A stretch of 64,000 nt of DNA from Burkholderiales bacterium (lineage in GTDB: Bacteria; Pseudomonadota; Gammaproteobacteria; Burkholderiales; SG8-39). The stretch spans positions 13,519-77,518 of the forward strand of contig DASZOS010000051.1 of the NCBI GenBank assembly GCA_035550695.1, in the 5' to 3' direction. The first letter of the stretch is position 1, and every line of letters begins with the position of its first letter. This document shows positions 46,300 through 58,265 of this stretch, piece by piece. The position numbers and the translations under genes are program-made. The notes under the pieces were generated by a model that worked only from the letters and a program-made list of their open reading frames with translations, was not told the DNA's origin and ran no database searches.

Positions 46300-46822
46300 G
46301 ATCGGATTTGAGGCTCGCATTCTTCAGCACCTCGCCGATCACCGCGTCTTCGTAGGGAACGCCGAACTCCTCGGCGACGCTGGCGTAAAAGGCGGGTGGC
46401 GCGATGAAAACCCCGGGCTCGGGGGTGCCGATCAGCAGCACCTGGACGCCGCGGCTGCGCGCGAGCTTGACCATCGCGCGCACGTTTTCTTCGGCCTGCG
46501 CGTTGCCGAGCCGGTGCAGGAAATCGTTGCCGCCGATGGCCAGCAACAAAAGCCGCGGCGCATGCTCGTCCAGAGCGCGCGGCAGCCGGGCAAGCGCTTG
46601 CGCCGTCACCTCGCCGGGAACGCCGGCCCGGATGACGCGGCGGCCGATCAGCCGCTCGAGCTGCGCGGGATAGCTTTCATTCTCCCCGGCTCCGGTGCCG
46701 AAGGTGAGGCTGTCGCCGAAAGCGAGCACCACCGCGTCGTCGGGAAGGCGCTCGAGCTTGGGCTCCGTGCAACCCGCGAGGGCGAGCAACGCGGCGAGGA
46801 GCAGTACGCGGCAGGCTGACAT
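46220..46822 (-). CDS. SGNH/GDSL arylesterase (TesA-like) lipoprotein
   Basis: Lipobox LLALAGC; GDSLTFG, GGND and DPIHPN blocks; alternative start at 46852. Confidence 0.85.
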   Translation of the reverse strand: MSACRVLLLAALLALAGCTEPKLERLPDDAVVLAFGDSLTFGTGAGENESYPAQLERLIGRRVIRAGVPGEVTAQALARLPRALDEHAPRLLLLAIGGNDFLHRLGNAQAEENVRAMVKLARSRGVQVLLIGTPEPGVFIAPPAFYASVAEEFGVPYEDAVIGEVLKNASLKSDPIHPNAAGYRVIAERVATVLKKSGAI

Positions 46823-46903
46823 CGCAGGCAAGCTGGACGCTGAGAGGGGCATGTTACACTTTCGCGCGCAAAAGACCGTGGCGAGCGGCGTTGGAGGGGA
46901 CAC

Positions 46904-47362
46904 ATGAAAGTCAAAAGTCCGAGGAACTTCTGGGCCGGGCTGATGTTCCTCGGCTTCGGATTGTTCTTCGCGGTGTGGGCAGTGGCGAATTATCAAATGG
47001 GCACCGCGGTGCGCATGGGGCCGGCGTACTTCCCGACCCTGCTGGGCGGGCTGCTCGCGGTGCTCGGCCTGGCCGTGCTGGTCGAGTCGATCAGCGTGCA
47101 GGGGCCCGCGGTCGCGCGCTTCAACTTTCGGCCCTTGGTGCTGATCAGCGCCGCCTGCGTGGCCTACGGTTATCTGATGAAGCCGCTCGGCCTGGTGCTC
47201 GCGACCGCCGCGCTGGTTTTCATCTCCGCCTACGGCGGGCACCAGTTCAAGTGGAAGGAGGTCACGATCCTCTACGTCCTGCTCATCGTGTTCTCGGTGC
47301 TGGTGTTCGTGAAGGGGCTGACGCTTCCCTTCCCGCTGTGGCCCGAGTTTCTCGGCTACTGA
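46904..47362 (+). CDS. tripartite tricarboxylate transporter TctB family small membrane protein
   Basis: 152 aa, 4 TM, directly upstream of the tctA-like gene. Confidence 0.8.
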   Translation: MKVKSPRNFWAGLMFLGFGLFFAVWAVANYQMGTAVRMGPAYFPTLLGGLLAVLGLAVLVESISVQGPAVARFNFRPLVLISAACVAYGYLMKPLGLVLATAALVFISAYGGHQFKWKEVTILYVLLIVFSVLVFVKGLTLPFPLWPEFLGY

Positions 47363-47371
47363 GCAGCGGCG

Positions 47372-48877
47372 ATGGACATCCTCCACAACCTGATCCTCGG
47401 CTTTTCGGTCGCGTTCACGCCGATCCATCTGCTGTACGCGTTGATCGGCGTGCTCCTCGGCACGTTGATCGGCGTGCTCCCCGGAATCGGTCCGGTGGCG
47501 ACGATCGCCATGCTGCTGCCGATCACCTTCAACCTGAGCCCGGTGGCCGCGCTGATCATGCTCGCCGGCATCTACTACGGCGCGCAGTACGGGGGCTCGA
47601 CGACCGCGATCCTGGTCAACCTGCCGGGCGAGGCCGCGTCGGTCGTCACTTGCCTGGATGGCTACCAGATGGCGCGCCGGGGGCGCGCCGGGCCGGCGCT
47701 TGCCACCGCGGCACTCGGGTCCTTTTTCGCCGGCTGCGTGGCGACGCTGGTCATCGCAGTCGCGGCGCCGCCGCTCGCCGAAGTCGCTCTCAAGTTCGGC
47801 CCGGCGGAGTACTTCTCGCTGATGGTGCTCGGCCTGGTAGCCGCGACCGTGCTCGCCCACGGCTCGCTCATCAAGGCGATTGCCATGGTGATCCTGGGGC
47901 TGCTGCTCGGACTGATCGGCACGGACGTGAACTCCGGCGTGCTGCGCTTCACCTTCAACATTCCGGAGCTCTCGGACGGCATCGGCTTCGTGATCGTCGC
48001 CATGGGCATGTTCGGCACTGCCGAGATCATCACCAACCTCGAGCAGGGAGAGCGCCGCGAGGTGTTCACCGGCAAGGTGAAGAATCTTTTCCCGACCAAG
48101 GATGACTTCAAGCGCATCTGGGCTCCCATCCTGCGCGGTACCGCCCTGGGGTCGTTCCTCGGCATCCTCCCGGGCGGCGGCGCGTTGCTCGCATCCTTCG
48201 GCGCCTACACCCTGGAGAAAAAGGTGTCGAACCATCCGGAGGAATTCGGCAAGGGCGCGATCGAGGGCGTAGCGGGTCCCGAGGCGGCGAACAACGCTGG
48301 CGCCCAGACTTCGTTCATCCCGATGCTCACCCTCGGCATTCCGGGCAATGCGGTGATGGCGCTGATGATCGGCGCGCTCATGATCCAGGGCATCGCGCCC
48401 GGGCCGCAGGTGATGAACGAGAAGCCGGAGCTCTTCTGGGGACTGATCGCCTCGATGTGGATCGGCAACGCGCTCCTGGTGATCCTCAACCTGCCGCTCA
48501 TCGGCATGTGGATCAAGCTCCTCACGGTGCCCTACCGCTACCTCTACCCCTCGATCCTGGTGTTCATGACGATCGGCGTGTTCAGCCTGTCGAACAACCC
48601 TTGGGACGTGCTCATCATGGCGATCTTCGGCGTGCTCGGCTACGTGTGCGTGAAGCTCGAATGCGAGCCGGCGCCCATGATCCTGGGCTTCATCCTCGGG
48701 CCGCTGATGGAGGAGAACCTGCGCCGGGCGATGCTGCTGTCGCGCGGCGACCCGACGGTGTTCGTCACCAAGCCGATCAGCGCCGGCTTCATCGTCGCAT
48801 CGGTGATCCTGCTGGTGATCGTGGCGCTGCCGGCGCTGCGCAAGAAGCGCGAAGAGGTATTCGTAGAAGAGCTGTAG
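47372..48877 (+). CDS. tripartite tricarboxylate transporter permease TctA family
   Basis: 501-aa polytopic protein; IGVLPGIGP and GILPGGG motifs. Confidence 0.92.
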   Translation: MDILHNLILGFSVAFTPIHLLYALIGVLLGTLIGVLPGIGPVATIAMLLPITFNLSPVAALIMLAGIYYGAQYGGSTTAILVNLPGEAASVVTCLDGYQMARRGRAGPALATAALGSFFAGCVATLVIAVAAPPLAEVALKFGPAEYFSLMVLGLVAATVLAHGSLIKAIAMVILGLLLGLIGTDVNSGVLRFTFNIPELSDGIGFVIVAMGMFGTAEIITNLEQGERREVFTGKVKNLFPTKDDFKRIWAPILRGTALGSFLGILPGGGALLASFGAYTLEKKVSNHPEEFGKGAIEGVAGPEAANNAGAQTSFIPMLTLGIPGNAVMALMIGALMIQGIAPGPQVMNEKPELFWGLIASMWIGNALLVILNLPLIGMWIKLLTVPYRYLYPSILVFMTIGVFSLSNNPWDVLIMAIFGVLGYVCVKLECEPAPMILGFILGPLMEENLRRAMLLSRGDPTVFVTKPISAGFIVASVILLVIVALPALRKKREEVFVEEL

Positions 48878-48879
48878 GG

Positions 48880-49263
48880 CTAGAGCGCCGCCAGGGTCTG
48901 CACCTCGATCAGGTACTGCTCGTGGACCAGGCGGTCGATGACGAGCAGGGTGTTCGGCGGGTACTGGCCGCCGGGAAACATGCGCGGGAACTCGCGCAGC
49001 CGCCATTGCATGAATCTCGGGATGTCCTGCGAATGCACCAGGTAGGTGGTGAACTGCACCACGTTGCCCCAGCCGGCGCCTGCCGACTGCAGTGCTTTTT
49101 CGATCTGCGCGAACACGCCGCTGCACTGCGCCTCGAAGCTCTCGCCCGCGGCGAGCATGCCCGCGATATGCAGCTGCTCGGCTGACTTGACGCGCGTGAC
49201 GTGCGAGTACTGGCCGAGCGGCTTGCCCAGCGCTTCGACGTTGTAGATCTTGATGTCGGCCAT
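48880..49263 (-). CDS. RidA/YjgF family protein
   Basis: 127 aa; GQYSHVTRV...HIAGM...VQFTTYL...IEVQ pattern. Confidence 0.85.
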   Translation of the reverse strand: MADIKIYNVEALGKPLGQYSHVTRVKSAEQLHIAGMLAAGESFEAQCSGVFAQIEKALQSAGAGWGNVVQFTTYLVHSQDIPRFMQWRLREFPRMFPGGQYPPNTLLVIDRLVHEQYLIEVQTLAAL

Positions 49264-49269
49264 GGCCTC

Positions 49270-49683
49270 CTACCTCGATTCCGCCCGGCGCGCCGCCGCG
49301 AGCTCCCGGTTGACGGTGTTGATCAGCTCGGCGCGGCGTACCGGCTTCACGTGGAACGCATTGGCGCCGAGCGTGCGGGCGCGTTCGGCGCTCTTCTCAT
49401 CGGACAGGACCGACACCACGATTAGCGGCGTGGTGGCATTCGGGGTGGCCTCGCGGATTCGCCGCAGCAGCTCGAAGCCGTCCATGCCGGGCATCAGGAT
49501 GTCGAGCAGGATCGCGTCGTAAACCGAGCTCTCGGCGAGCCTCAGGGCCTGCACGCTAGTTCCGGCGAGGTGCACCTCGGCTTTCAGCTCCTTGGACATC
49601 ATGCGCGCCAGAAGCAACCGCGTCGACTCCTCATCGTCAACGATGAGGATGCGCTGCCGGGGGGTGGGCTCCTCGCGCGCCAT
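49270..49683 (-). CDS. single-domain response regulator (CheY-like)
   Basis: 137 aa; ILIVDDE, DAILLDILMPGMDG, conserved Lys (HVKP). Confidence 0.88.
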   Translation of the reverse strand: MAREEPTPRQRILIVDDEESTRLLLARMMSKELKAEVHLAGTSVQALRLAESSVYDAILLDILMPGMDGFELLRRIREATPNATTPLIVVSVLSDEKSAERARTLGANAFHVKPVRRAELINTVNRELAAARRAESR

Positions 49684-49685
49684 GG

Positions 49686-50450
49686 CTAGCGCAGCTGGAT
49701 GCTGCCGGATACCGTAACGGTGATTTGCGACACGCCCGGCTCGAGCGCCACGGGGCCCGGTGCAGCCGCCGTTGCGCGTGCGAGCGGCACGGGGCCGGGT
49801 GCACCGCCGTAGCCGATGTCGAGGTTGCGGATGCGGTAGCCGCCGGCCTTCAGCGACTGGCGCACCAGCTCGGCGCGTGCGCGAAATGCCGCCAGCGCGT
49901 CGGCGATGAGGCCGTCCTCCGCGGCGCGCCGCGTCTCGGCGGACACGCGCACCGACAGGCTGCGCAGTACGAGGGTTTGCTGCAGCCTGCCGATCAGCGC
50001 CGCGGCGGAAGCGAAGTCGCGACTCTCGAGCCTGAGCTCCTGCGTGAGCTGCCAGCTGTCGATGCTGCGCTGGTCTTGCCGATAGCGCGGCAATGTGTGG
50101 TAGTTGCCTGAGCGCAGCTTCAGGGGCGCAAACGCCGCCGCGATCTTGAGCGCCTCCTGCATGCGGCGATTGGCTTCGGCGGCGAGAGCCGCAGGGTCGC
50201 CGCCCTGCAGCTCGACGGCGAGCACCGCGGCGAGCTCGTCGTTCTCCACTTCGCGGCTCGCCTGCGCCTGCAGGCTGATCAGGTCGAAATCCTGCTCCCG
50301 GCGCGCCGCGTCCGGCGCGGTGGCAAGCGATGCGGATGATGCGAGCGCCGCGAGTGCGAGGAGTAGTTGCCGCACGAGCCGGAGTATAGAACCCGCCTGC
50401 ACGACACGCTGCGCTTTTCGTCCGCTTATCGCTTGCGTTCGCGGCGCCAC
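49686..50450 (-). CDS. SIMPL (DUF541) domain periplasmic protein
   Basis: 254 aa with a signal peptide; the C-terminal ITVTVSGSIQL is typical of SIMPL proteins. Confidence 0.75.
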   Translation of the reverse strand: MAPRTQAISGRKAQRVVQAGSILRLVRQLLLALAALASSASLATAPDAARREQDFDLISLQAQASREVENDELAAVLAVELQGGDPAALAAEANRRMQEALKIAAAFAPLKLRSGNYHTLPRYRQDQRSIDSWQLTQELRLESRDFASAAALIGRLQQTLVLRSLSVRVSAETRRAAEDGLIADALAAFRARAELVRQSLKAGGYRIRNLDIGYGGAPGPVPLARATAAAPGPVALEPGVSQITVTVSGSIQLR

Positions 50451-50977
50451 TGGACGTCGTCGCGCCCGGCAGCCCGGTTGAGCACGCGCCCCGCGACGAA
50501 CAGCAGATCGGACAGCCGATTAAGGTATTGCCGCGCGTGCTCGCCTACGGCTTGCTTGTGCCCGAGCGCGACCACGCTGCGCTCAGCCCGGCGGCACACC
50601 GTGCGCGCGAGATGCGCTGCCGCCGCCGCCCGGCTTCCGCCCGGCAGAATGAATTCCTTGAGCGGTGCGAGATCGGCGTTCCACGCTTCGAGCTGCTTCT
50701 CCAGCCTTTGCACCTGCTGCGCCGTGACCAGGCGATGTCCCGGAATGCTCAGTTCACCGCCGAGATCGAACAGATCGTGCTGCACGTCCGAGAACACCTG
50801 GCGCAGCTTTTCGGGAACCTCTTCGGCGAGCACCATGCCGATCGCCGAGTTGAGCTCGTCGAGCTCGCCCAGCGCGCTGATGCGCGCGTCGTCTTTCGCC
50901 ACGCGGGTGCCGTCTCCGAGACCGGTCTCGCCGGCGTCGCCGGTGCGGGTGGTGATCTTCGATAGCCGATGGCCCAT
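50426..50977 (-). CDS. PduO-type ATP:cob(I)alamin adenosyltransferase
   Basis: 183 aa; KITTRTGDAGETGL N-terminus. Confidence 0.9.
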   Translation of the reverse strand: MGHRLSKITTRTGDAGETGLGDGTRVAKDDARISALGELDELNSAIGMVLAEEVPEKLRQVFSDVQHDLFDLGGELSIPGHRLVTAQQVQRLEKQLEAWNADLAPLKEFILPGGSRAAAAAHLARTVCRRAERSVVALGHKQAVGEHARQYLNRLSDLLFVAGRVLNRAAGRDDVQWRRERKR

Positions 50978-52248
50978 TACGTCGAGTCTCCCCCTTTGGC
51001 AATCACCGCGCTATCCAACTCGCCGCGAGCAAGCTGCGTGCGCAGGCGCTCGCCGGGGCGCGCTTGCGCGGCGTCGCGCAGCAGCTCGCCGGCGCCGTTG
51101 TACGTCATGCTGTAGCCGCGGCCGAGCACCGCGGCAGGGTCGAGCCCGTCCAGGCTCGCGCGCAGCCTGGCGAGCTGCGCCTCGCACGAGCGCACGCCCT
51201 GCAAGAAGGAGAAGCCTAGCCGGGCCGACAGCTGGGTCAAGAGCTGTTGGTGGCGCCGCAGGCGCTCGCTCGGATGCACGAGGCGCCGCGCGCAGCCATC
51301 GACCGCCTGGGCGGCGTAATCGAGGCGCCGCCGCATTTCGCGCGCGAGCGAGCGAAGGCATTCGGCAAGCCGTGCGGCGAGCTCTGCGCGCGCCGGGCTC
51401 GCCAGCTCGGCTGCCGCGGTAGGCGTCGCCGCGCGCCGGTCAGCGGCAAAATCGGCGATCGTGAAGTCGGTCTCGTGCCCCACGCCCGCCACTACCGGAA
51501 TCGAGGACGCGCGGATGGCGCGCGCCACGGCTTCTTCGTTGAACGGCCACAGGTCCTCGATCGAGCCGCCGCCGCGCACGAGCAGCAGCACGTCGCATTC
51601 GGCGCGCGCGCTGGCCTTGGCGAGCATCGCCGCGATGCGGCCCGCCGCGGTTTCGCCCTGCACCGGCGCCGGGTAGACGATCACCGGTATGGAGGGATTG
51701 CGGCGCGCGAGCGCAGTGAGCACATCGCGCAGCGCGGCTGCGGCAAGCGAAGTGATGACGCCGATCGCCCGCGGATGCGCGGGCAGCGGGCGCTTGGCCG
51801 CGGCGTCGAACAATCCCTCCTGCTCGAGCTTCTTCTTCACGCGCACGAAGCGTTCGTAGAGTGGACCGAGACCCGCCTGCCGGATGGCTTCGACGGTGAG
51901 TTGGAAGCGGCCGCGCGGCTCGTAAAGCGAGGCGAGGGCGCGCACCTCGACCTGTGCTCCGTTGCGCAGCTCCGAGTCCACCGCGGCGAGCCGGCTGCGG
52001 TACATCACGCAATCGACCTGCGCGGCATCGTCCTTCAGCGTGAAATAGCAGTGTCCGGAAGGCGCGCGCGACAGGTTGGACAGCTCGCCGCGCACCCACA
52101 TGAGCGGGAAGCGGCGCTCGAGCGTGTCGCGCACGCTGCGCAGCAACTGCGATACCGTGACAGCGCGCCCGCCGGGCGGCGCAGAATCGGGTCTGAGGTC
52201 GTCGTAGATCGAAGTCAAGAGCGCAAGCGAGCGTACACTAATCCACAC
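50977..52248 (-). CDS. xseA: exodeoxyribonuclease VII large subunit
   Basis: OB-fold N-terminus VWVRGELSNLSRAPSGHCYFTLKD; 423 aa (start may be the TTG near 52218). Confidence 0.92.
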   Translation of the reverse strand: MWISVRSLALLTSIYDDLRPDSAPPGGRAVTVSQLLRSVRDTLERRFPLMWVRGELSNLSRAPSGHCYFTLKDDAAQVDCVMYRSRLAAVDSELRNGAQVEVRALASLYEPRGRFQLTVEAIRQAGLGPLYERFVRVKKKLEQEGLFDAAAKRPLPAHPRAIGVITSLAAAALRDVLTALARRNPSIPVIVYPAPVQGETAAGRIAAMLAKASARAECDVLLLVRGGGSIEDLWPFNEEAVARAIRASSIPVVAGVGHETDFTIADFAADRRAATPTAAAELASPARAELAARLAECLRSLAREMRRRLDYAAQAVDGCARRLVHPSERLRRHQQLLTQLSARLGFSFLQGVRSCEAQLARLRASLDGLDPAAVLGRGYSMTYNGAGELLRDAAQARPGERLRTQLARGELDSAVIAKGGDST

Positions 52249-52402
52249 CTGCGCCCGCTACCCGCGGCCTCGTCACAGACCGCGTGCCGAGCCCGATTCT
52301 TTCCCGTAAGGGGCTGTTCGCGCAGCGAAAATGATTGCTCAAATTTTCACCGCTACCGTCTTCGAGCGCGCTGTTACAGGCACGTCGCGTGGTATTCAGT
52401 GA

Positions 52403-52438
52403 TAATCCACAAACTTATCCACAGATTTTTGTGGATAT
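52403..52438. promoter_or_regulatory. cluster of three DnaA boxes
   Basis: TAATCCACA (52403-52411), perfect TTATCCACA (52415-52423) and inverted TGTGGATAT (52430-52438); a fourth TAATCCACA lies at 52239-52247. Confidence 0.5.
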
Positions 52439-52571
52439 CGCTTTCTTGACCACAAGCTGCCGCGCATCGGCGACAACGCATATAGTTTTAGTGCACTGCG
52501 CAAGCTTGCCGCGCCGCTAGGGATTGCTTAGAGTCCGGCGCGCGGGGACGGAAAAAACAGAAGGAAAAAGG

Positions 52572-53201
52572 TTGTTCGCAATCATTCAGGCAGCCGGATG
52601 GCCCATCTGGCCGCTGCTGCTGGCTTCAATCATCGCCGTGGCCCTGATCATCGAGCGCTCCATCACCCTGCGCGACGACAGAATCGTCCCGCCGACGCTG
52701 CTCGAGCAGGTGGTGTCCGTGTACCAGCGGCAGGGGGTGTCGGGCGACGTGCTCGACAAGCTTTCGATGGATTCGCCGCTCGGCGTGGTGCTCGCCGCGG
52801 GCCTGCGCAATCATCGCAGCTCGCGCTACGTGATGAAGGAGGCGATCGAGGAGGCGGGGCGCGGCGTTGCGCACCAGCTCGAGCGTTTCCTGACCACGCT
52901 CGGCACCATCGCGACCGCCGCTCCGCTGCTCGGGCTTTTCGGCACGGTCATCGGCATGATCGAGATTTTCGGCTCGCAGTCGCCGACCGGGACCAATCCG
53001 CAGCAGCTCGCGCACGGCATTTCCATCGCGCTGTATAACACCGCCTTCGGCATCGCCATTTCCATCCCTTCGCTCATCTTCTACCGGCATTTCAGGAACA
53101 AGGTCGACACGTACGTGGTGGAAATGGAGCACCAGGCCTCCAAGCTCGTCGACATCGTGCACGGGGAGCGGGTGGAATTCCAGGGCCAGCCGCGCGGATG
53201 A
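52572..53201 (+). CDS. exbB: MotA/TolQ/ExbB proton channel family protein
   Basis: TTG at 52572 after AGGAAAAAGG; GLFGTVIGMI motif. Confidence 0.85.
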   Translation: MFAIIQAAGWPIWPLLLASIIAVALIIERSITLRDDRIVPPTLLEQVVSVYQRQGVSGDVLDKLSMDSPLGVVLAAGLRNHRSSRYVMKEAIEEAGRGVAHQLERFLTTLGTIATAAPLLGLFGTVIGMIEIFGSQSPTGTNPQQLAHGISIALYNTAFGIAISIPSLIFYRHFRNKVDTYVVEMEHQASKLVDIVHGERVEFQGQPRG

Positions 53202-53614
53202 ATTTCCAGCGCGGCAAGGCGAAGGAGCCGCTCGAGATCAACCTCGTGCCGCTCATCGACGTGATGATGGTGATCCTGATCTTCCTGATGATCACCACTA
53301 CCTACTCGAAATACACCGAGCTCAAAATCAACCTGCCGAGCGCCGATGCCGAGAAGCAGCTCGAGCGTCCCAACGAGATCTCGGTGCTGGTGAATGCGCA
53401 GGGACAGTACGTGATCAACCACCACCCGGTCGCCTGGCGTTCGGTCGAGCAGCTCGCCGACGAGCTGCGGCGTGCGGGCGGCACGCTGAAGGAGCCGGTG
53501 GTCGTCATCAGCGCGGACGCGACAGCGACGCACCAGTCGGTCATACGCATAATGGAAGCATCGCGGCTCGCCGGCCTGTCGCAGATTACCTTCACCACGC
53601 AGTCGAACAAGTAA
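53198..53614 (+). CDS. exbD: biopolymer transporter ExbD/TolR
   Basis: 138 aa; EINLVPLIDVMMVILIF; ATGA overlap. Confidence 0.88.
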   Translation: MNFQRGKAKEPLEINLVPLIDVMMVILIFLMITTTYSKYTELKINLPSADAEKQLERPNEISVLVNAQGQYVINHHPVAWRSVEQLADELRRAGGTLKEPVVVISADATATHQSVIRIMEASRLAGLSQITFTTQSNK

Positions 53615-53615
53615 C

Positions 53616-54590
53616 GTGAAGCACTGGTACCGGCGCGGCGCCATGGCGTGGTTGCTGTGGCCGGCGAGCATCGTCTTCGGGTTGCTCGCCTTCGCGCGCA
53701 GACTCTTGTACCGCCTGCGCATCCTGGACAGCTCGCATCCGGGCATCCCGGTCATCGTCGTCGGCAACCTCACCGCCGGCGGCGCGGGGAAGACGCCGCT
53801 CGTGCTGTGGATCGCCGAGTTCCTCAAGGGGAAGGGCTGGTCGCCCGCCATCGTCTCGCGCGGCCATGGCGGCGCAGGCGGCGCCCCGCGCGCGGCCACC
53901 ATCTCCTCCGAGCCTGAGGACGTCGGCGACGAGCCCGTAGTGCTCGCCCGGCGCAGCGGCTGCCCGGTCTGGGTCGGCGGGGACCGCGCCGCGGTGATCC
54001 AAGCGATGCGGCTCCAGCACCCCGAAGTGAATGTCGTCATCCTCGATGACGGGTTGCAGCACTATCGGCTGCGCCGCGACCTGGAGATTGCGGTGGTCGA
54101 CGCCCGCGGCCTCGGCAACGGCTTCCTGCTGCCGGCCGGGCCGCTGCGCGAGCCCGCGCGCCGGCTGCGGACCGTGGATGCCGTGGTATGCCACGATAAC
54201 GAGGCATTCGCGGGCTTCCGCATGTCGCTCGTCGGCTCGGAGCTGCATCGCATGACCGATGCCCGCGAGCGCCGGCCGGCGCAAGGCTTCGCCGGCGAGA
54301 ACGTTCATGCGGTCGCCGGCATTGGCAACCCGAACCGCTTCTTTCTGCATCTTGAGAAGCTCGGCGTGCGCCTGATCCCTCACCCGTTTCCCGACCACCA
54401 CCGCTTCGTCGCCGAGGAGCTCGCGTTCGACGACGGGGCCGACGTGCTGATGACCGAGAAGGACGCGGTAAAATTGCGCCGCTACGCCCGCGCGAACTGG
54501 TGGGTGCTACCGGTGAGCGCAAAGCTCGATCCTGCCTTCGGCGACTGGCTGCTGGGGAAACTGCATGCGCGTCGATCCAAAGCTGCTTGA
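53616..54590 (+). CDS. lpxK: tetraacyldisaccharide 4'-kinase
   Basis: 324 aa; P-loop [13 protein letters not shown]. Confidence 0.92.
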   Translation: MKHWYRRGAMAWLLWPASIVFGLLAFARRLLYRLRILDSSHPGIPVIVVGNLTAGGAGKTPLVLWIAEFLKGKGWSPAIVSRGHGGAGGAPRAATISSEPEDVGDEPVVLARRSGCPVWVGGDRAAVIQAMRLQHPEVNVVILDDGLQHYRLRRDLEIAVVDARGLGNGFLLPAGPLREPARRLRTVDAVVCHDNEAFAGFRMSLVGSELHRMTDARERRPAQGFAGENVHAVAGIGNPNRFFLHLEKLGVRLIPHPFPDHHRFVAEELAFDDGADVLMTEKDAVKLRRYARANWWVLPVSAKLDPAFGDWLLGKLHARRSKAA

Positions 54591-54749
54591 GATCCTGGTG
54601 TGCCCGTTGTGCAAGGGCAAGCTCGTGTATCGCAAGGAGGCGAGCGAGCTGGTATGCAAGGCCGACCGGCTCGGCTATCCGGTGAAGGACGGCATCCCGG
54701 TCATGCTGGAGGAGGAGGCGCGAAAGCTCCCGCCGGAAGAAGAAATCGC

Positions 54750-54753
<4 letters not shown>
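54565..54753 (+). CDS. Trm112/YcaR family small protein
   Basis: 62 aa; [14 protein letters not shown]; conserved lpxK-ycaR-kdsB order. Confidence 0.85.
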
Positions 54754-56137
<1,384 letters not shown>

Positions 56138-56189
56138 CGCCGGCCAGCGCTGACCTGATAAAATTCGAGCCCTTTTCGGGGAGAACAAT

Positions 56190-58265
56190 ATGACTGGCGG
56201 CCTCGTCTTCGCGCTCGGGTGCGCGGTTCTTGCGATCGTCTACGGCGTCTGGCAAAGCACCCGCATCCTGCGCCTGCCCGACGGCAACGAGCGCATGCGC
56301 GAGATCTCGGCGGCTATACGCGAAGGCGCGATCGCGTACTTGTGGCGCCAGTACAAGACGATCGCGATCGTCGGCGTGATTCTCTTCCTGGTGATCGGCT
56401 TCGTGCCGGGCCTCGGCTGGGCGACCGCGTGGGGCTTCCTTCTCGGCGCGCTGCTCTCCGGCTCGTGCGGGATCATCGGCATGAACATCTCAGTGCGCGC
56501 CAACGTGCGCACCGCCGAAGCGGCGCGCACCGGGCTCAACGAGGCGCTGCAGGTGGCGTTCAACGGCGGCGCCATTACCGGCCTTCTGGTGGTCGGCCTG
56601 GGGCTGCTCGGCGTTGCCGGCTACTTTGCGCTGCTGTACGCGAATGCCGTCGACAGGACGAACCTCGCGCACGTGATCCAGCCGCTCGTCGGCCTCGGCT
56701 TCGGCGGCTCGCTGATCTCGATCTTCGCGCGTCTCGGCGGCGGCATCTTCACCAAGGGGGCCGACGTGGGCGCGGACCTGGTCGGCAAGGTCGAGGCAGG
56801 CATCCCGGAAGACGATCCGCGCAACCCGGCGGTGATCGCCGACAACGTCGGCGACAACGTCGGCGACTGCGCCGGCATGGCGGCGGACCTCTTCGAGACC
56901 TACGCGGTCACGATCATCGCCACCATGATACTCGGCGCGCTGATGGTGAAGAGCGCCACACCGGCGGCGCTCATCTACCCGCTCGTCATCGGCGGCTTCG
57001 CCATCATCGCGTCCATCATCGGCACCTGGTTCGTGAAGGCGCGGCCTGGCGACGTGAACGTGATGCCCGCGCTGTACAAGGGGCTCGCCGTGGCGGGGGT
57101 CATCGCGCTCATCGCGTTTTATCCGATCACGCTGCTCATGATGGACGACGTCGTGAAGTCGGTGCCTTTCGACATCGGCGGCCGCAGCCGGATGATCACC
57201 ATATGGCACCTCTACGGCACAGCGGTGGTGGGCATGGCGCTCACCGGCTTTCTCGTCTGGGTCACCGAGTACTACACCGGCACCCAGTTCAAGCCGGTGC
57301 GCCACGTCGCCGAGGCGAGCACCACCGGCCACGCGACGAACATCATCGCCGGGCTGGGCGTGTCGATGAAATCGACCGCCTGGCCGGTGCTCGCGGTGTG
57401 CGTCGCGATCCTCGTGTCCTACGGGCTCGCCGGCCTTTACGGCATCGCGATCGCGGCCACCTCGATGCTGTCGATGGCCGGGATCATCGTCGCGCTCGAT
57501 GCCTACGGGCCGATCACCGACAACGCCGGTGGCATCGCCGAGATGGCCGGCTTGCCGGACTCGGTGCGCGCCATCACCGATCCTCTGGACGCCGTGGGCA
57601 ACACCACCAAGGCGGTGACCAAGGGCTACGCCATCGGCTCGGCCGGCCTTGCCGCGCTGGTGCTGTTCGCCGACTACACCCACGCGCTGGAGGCGAGCGG
57701 CAGGAGCCTGAGCTTCGACCTCTCGAACCACATGGTGATCATCGGGCTATTCATCGGCGGCATGGTGCCGTATCTCTTCGGCTCGATGGCGATGGAGGCG
57801 GTGGGCCGCGCCGCGGGCGCGGTGGTGCTCGAAGTGCGTCGCCAGTTCAAGGAGATCCCCGGGATCATGCAAGGTACCGCGAAGCCCGAGTACGGCACCG
57901 CGGTGGACATGCTGACGCGCGCGGCGATCAGGGAGATGATGATCCCGTCGCTGCTGCCGGTGCTGGTGCCGGTTCTCGTCGGCCTGGTCCTCGGGCCGCA
58001 GGCGCTCGGCGGCGTGCTGATGGGCACGATCGTCACGGGGCTTTTCGTCGCCATCTCGATGTGCACCGGCGGCGGCGCCTGGGACAACGCGAAGAAATAC
58101 ATCGAGGACGGCCATCACGGCGGCAAGGGCTCGGACGCGCACAAGGCGGCGGTGACCGGCGACACGGTCGGCGACCCGTACAAGGACACGGCCGGCCCGG
58201 CGGTGAACCCGCTCATCAAGATCATCAACATCGTGGCGCTCCTCATCGTGCCGTTGATGGCGTGA
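56190..58265 (+). CDS. hppA: K+-insensitive H+-translocating pyrophosphatase
   Basis: 691-aa polytopic protein; [13 protein letters not shown]; GNTTKA (Lys variant, which is the K+-independent type). Confidence 0.96.
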   Translation: MTGGLVFALGCAVLAIVYGVWQSTRILRLPDGNERMREISAAIREGAIAYLWRQYKTIAIVGVILFLVIGFVPGLGWATAWGFLLGALLSGSCGIIGMNISVRANVRTAEAARTGLNEALQVAFNGGAITGLLVVGLGLLGVAGYFALLYANAVDRTNLAHVIQPLVGLGFGGSLISIFARLGGGIFTKGADVGADLVGKVEAGIPEDDPRNPAVIADNVGDNVGDCAGMAADLFETYAVTIIATMILGALMVKSATPAALIYPLVIGGFAIIASIIGTWFVKARPGDVNVMPALYKGLAVAGVIALIAFYPITLLMMDDVVKSVPFDIGGRSRMITIWHLYGTAVVGMALTGFLVWVTEYYTGTQFKPVRHVAEASTTGHATNIIAGLGVSMKSTAWPVLAVCVAILVSYGLAGLYGIAIAATSMLSMAGIIVALDAYGPITDNAGGIAEMAGLPDSVRAITDPLDAVGNTTKAVTKGYAIGSAGLAALVLFADYTHALEASGRSLSFDLSNHMVIIGLFIGGMVPYLFGSMAMEAVGRAAGAVVLEVRRQFKEIPGIMQGTAKPEYGTAVDMLTRAAIREMMIPSLLPVLVPVLVGLVLGPQALGGVLMGTIVTGLFVAISMCTGGGAWDNAKKYIEDGHHGGKGSDAHKAAVTGDTVGDPYKDTAGPAVNPLIKIINIVALLIVPLMA

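Noticed and set aside
52249-52571. Chromosomal replication origin (oriC).
   Set aside because: DnaA boxes are present, but I see no clear AT-rich 13-mer-type unwinding element. The region is only ~320 bp, and none of the usual oriC neighbours (dnaA, dnaN, gidA, hemE) is nearby. A regulatory or titration site is the more conservative reading.
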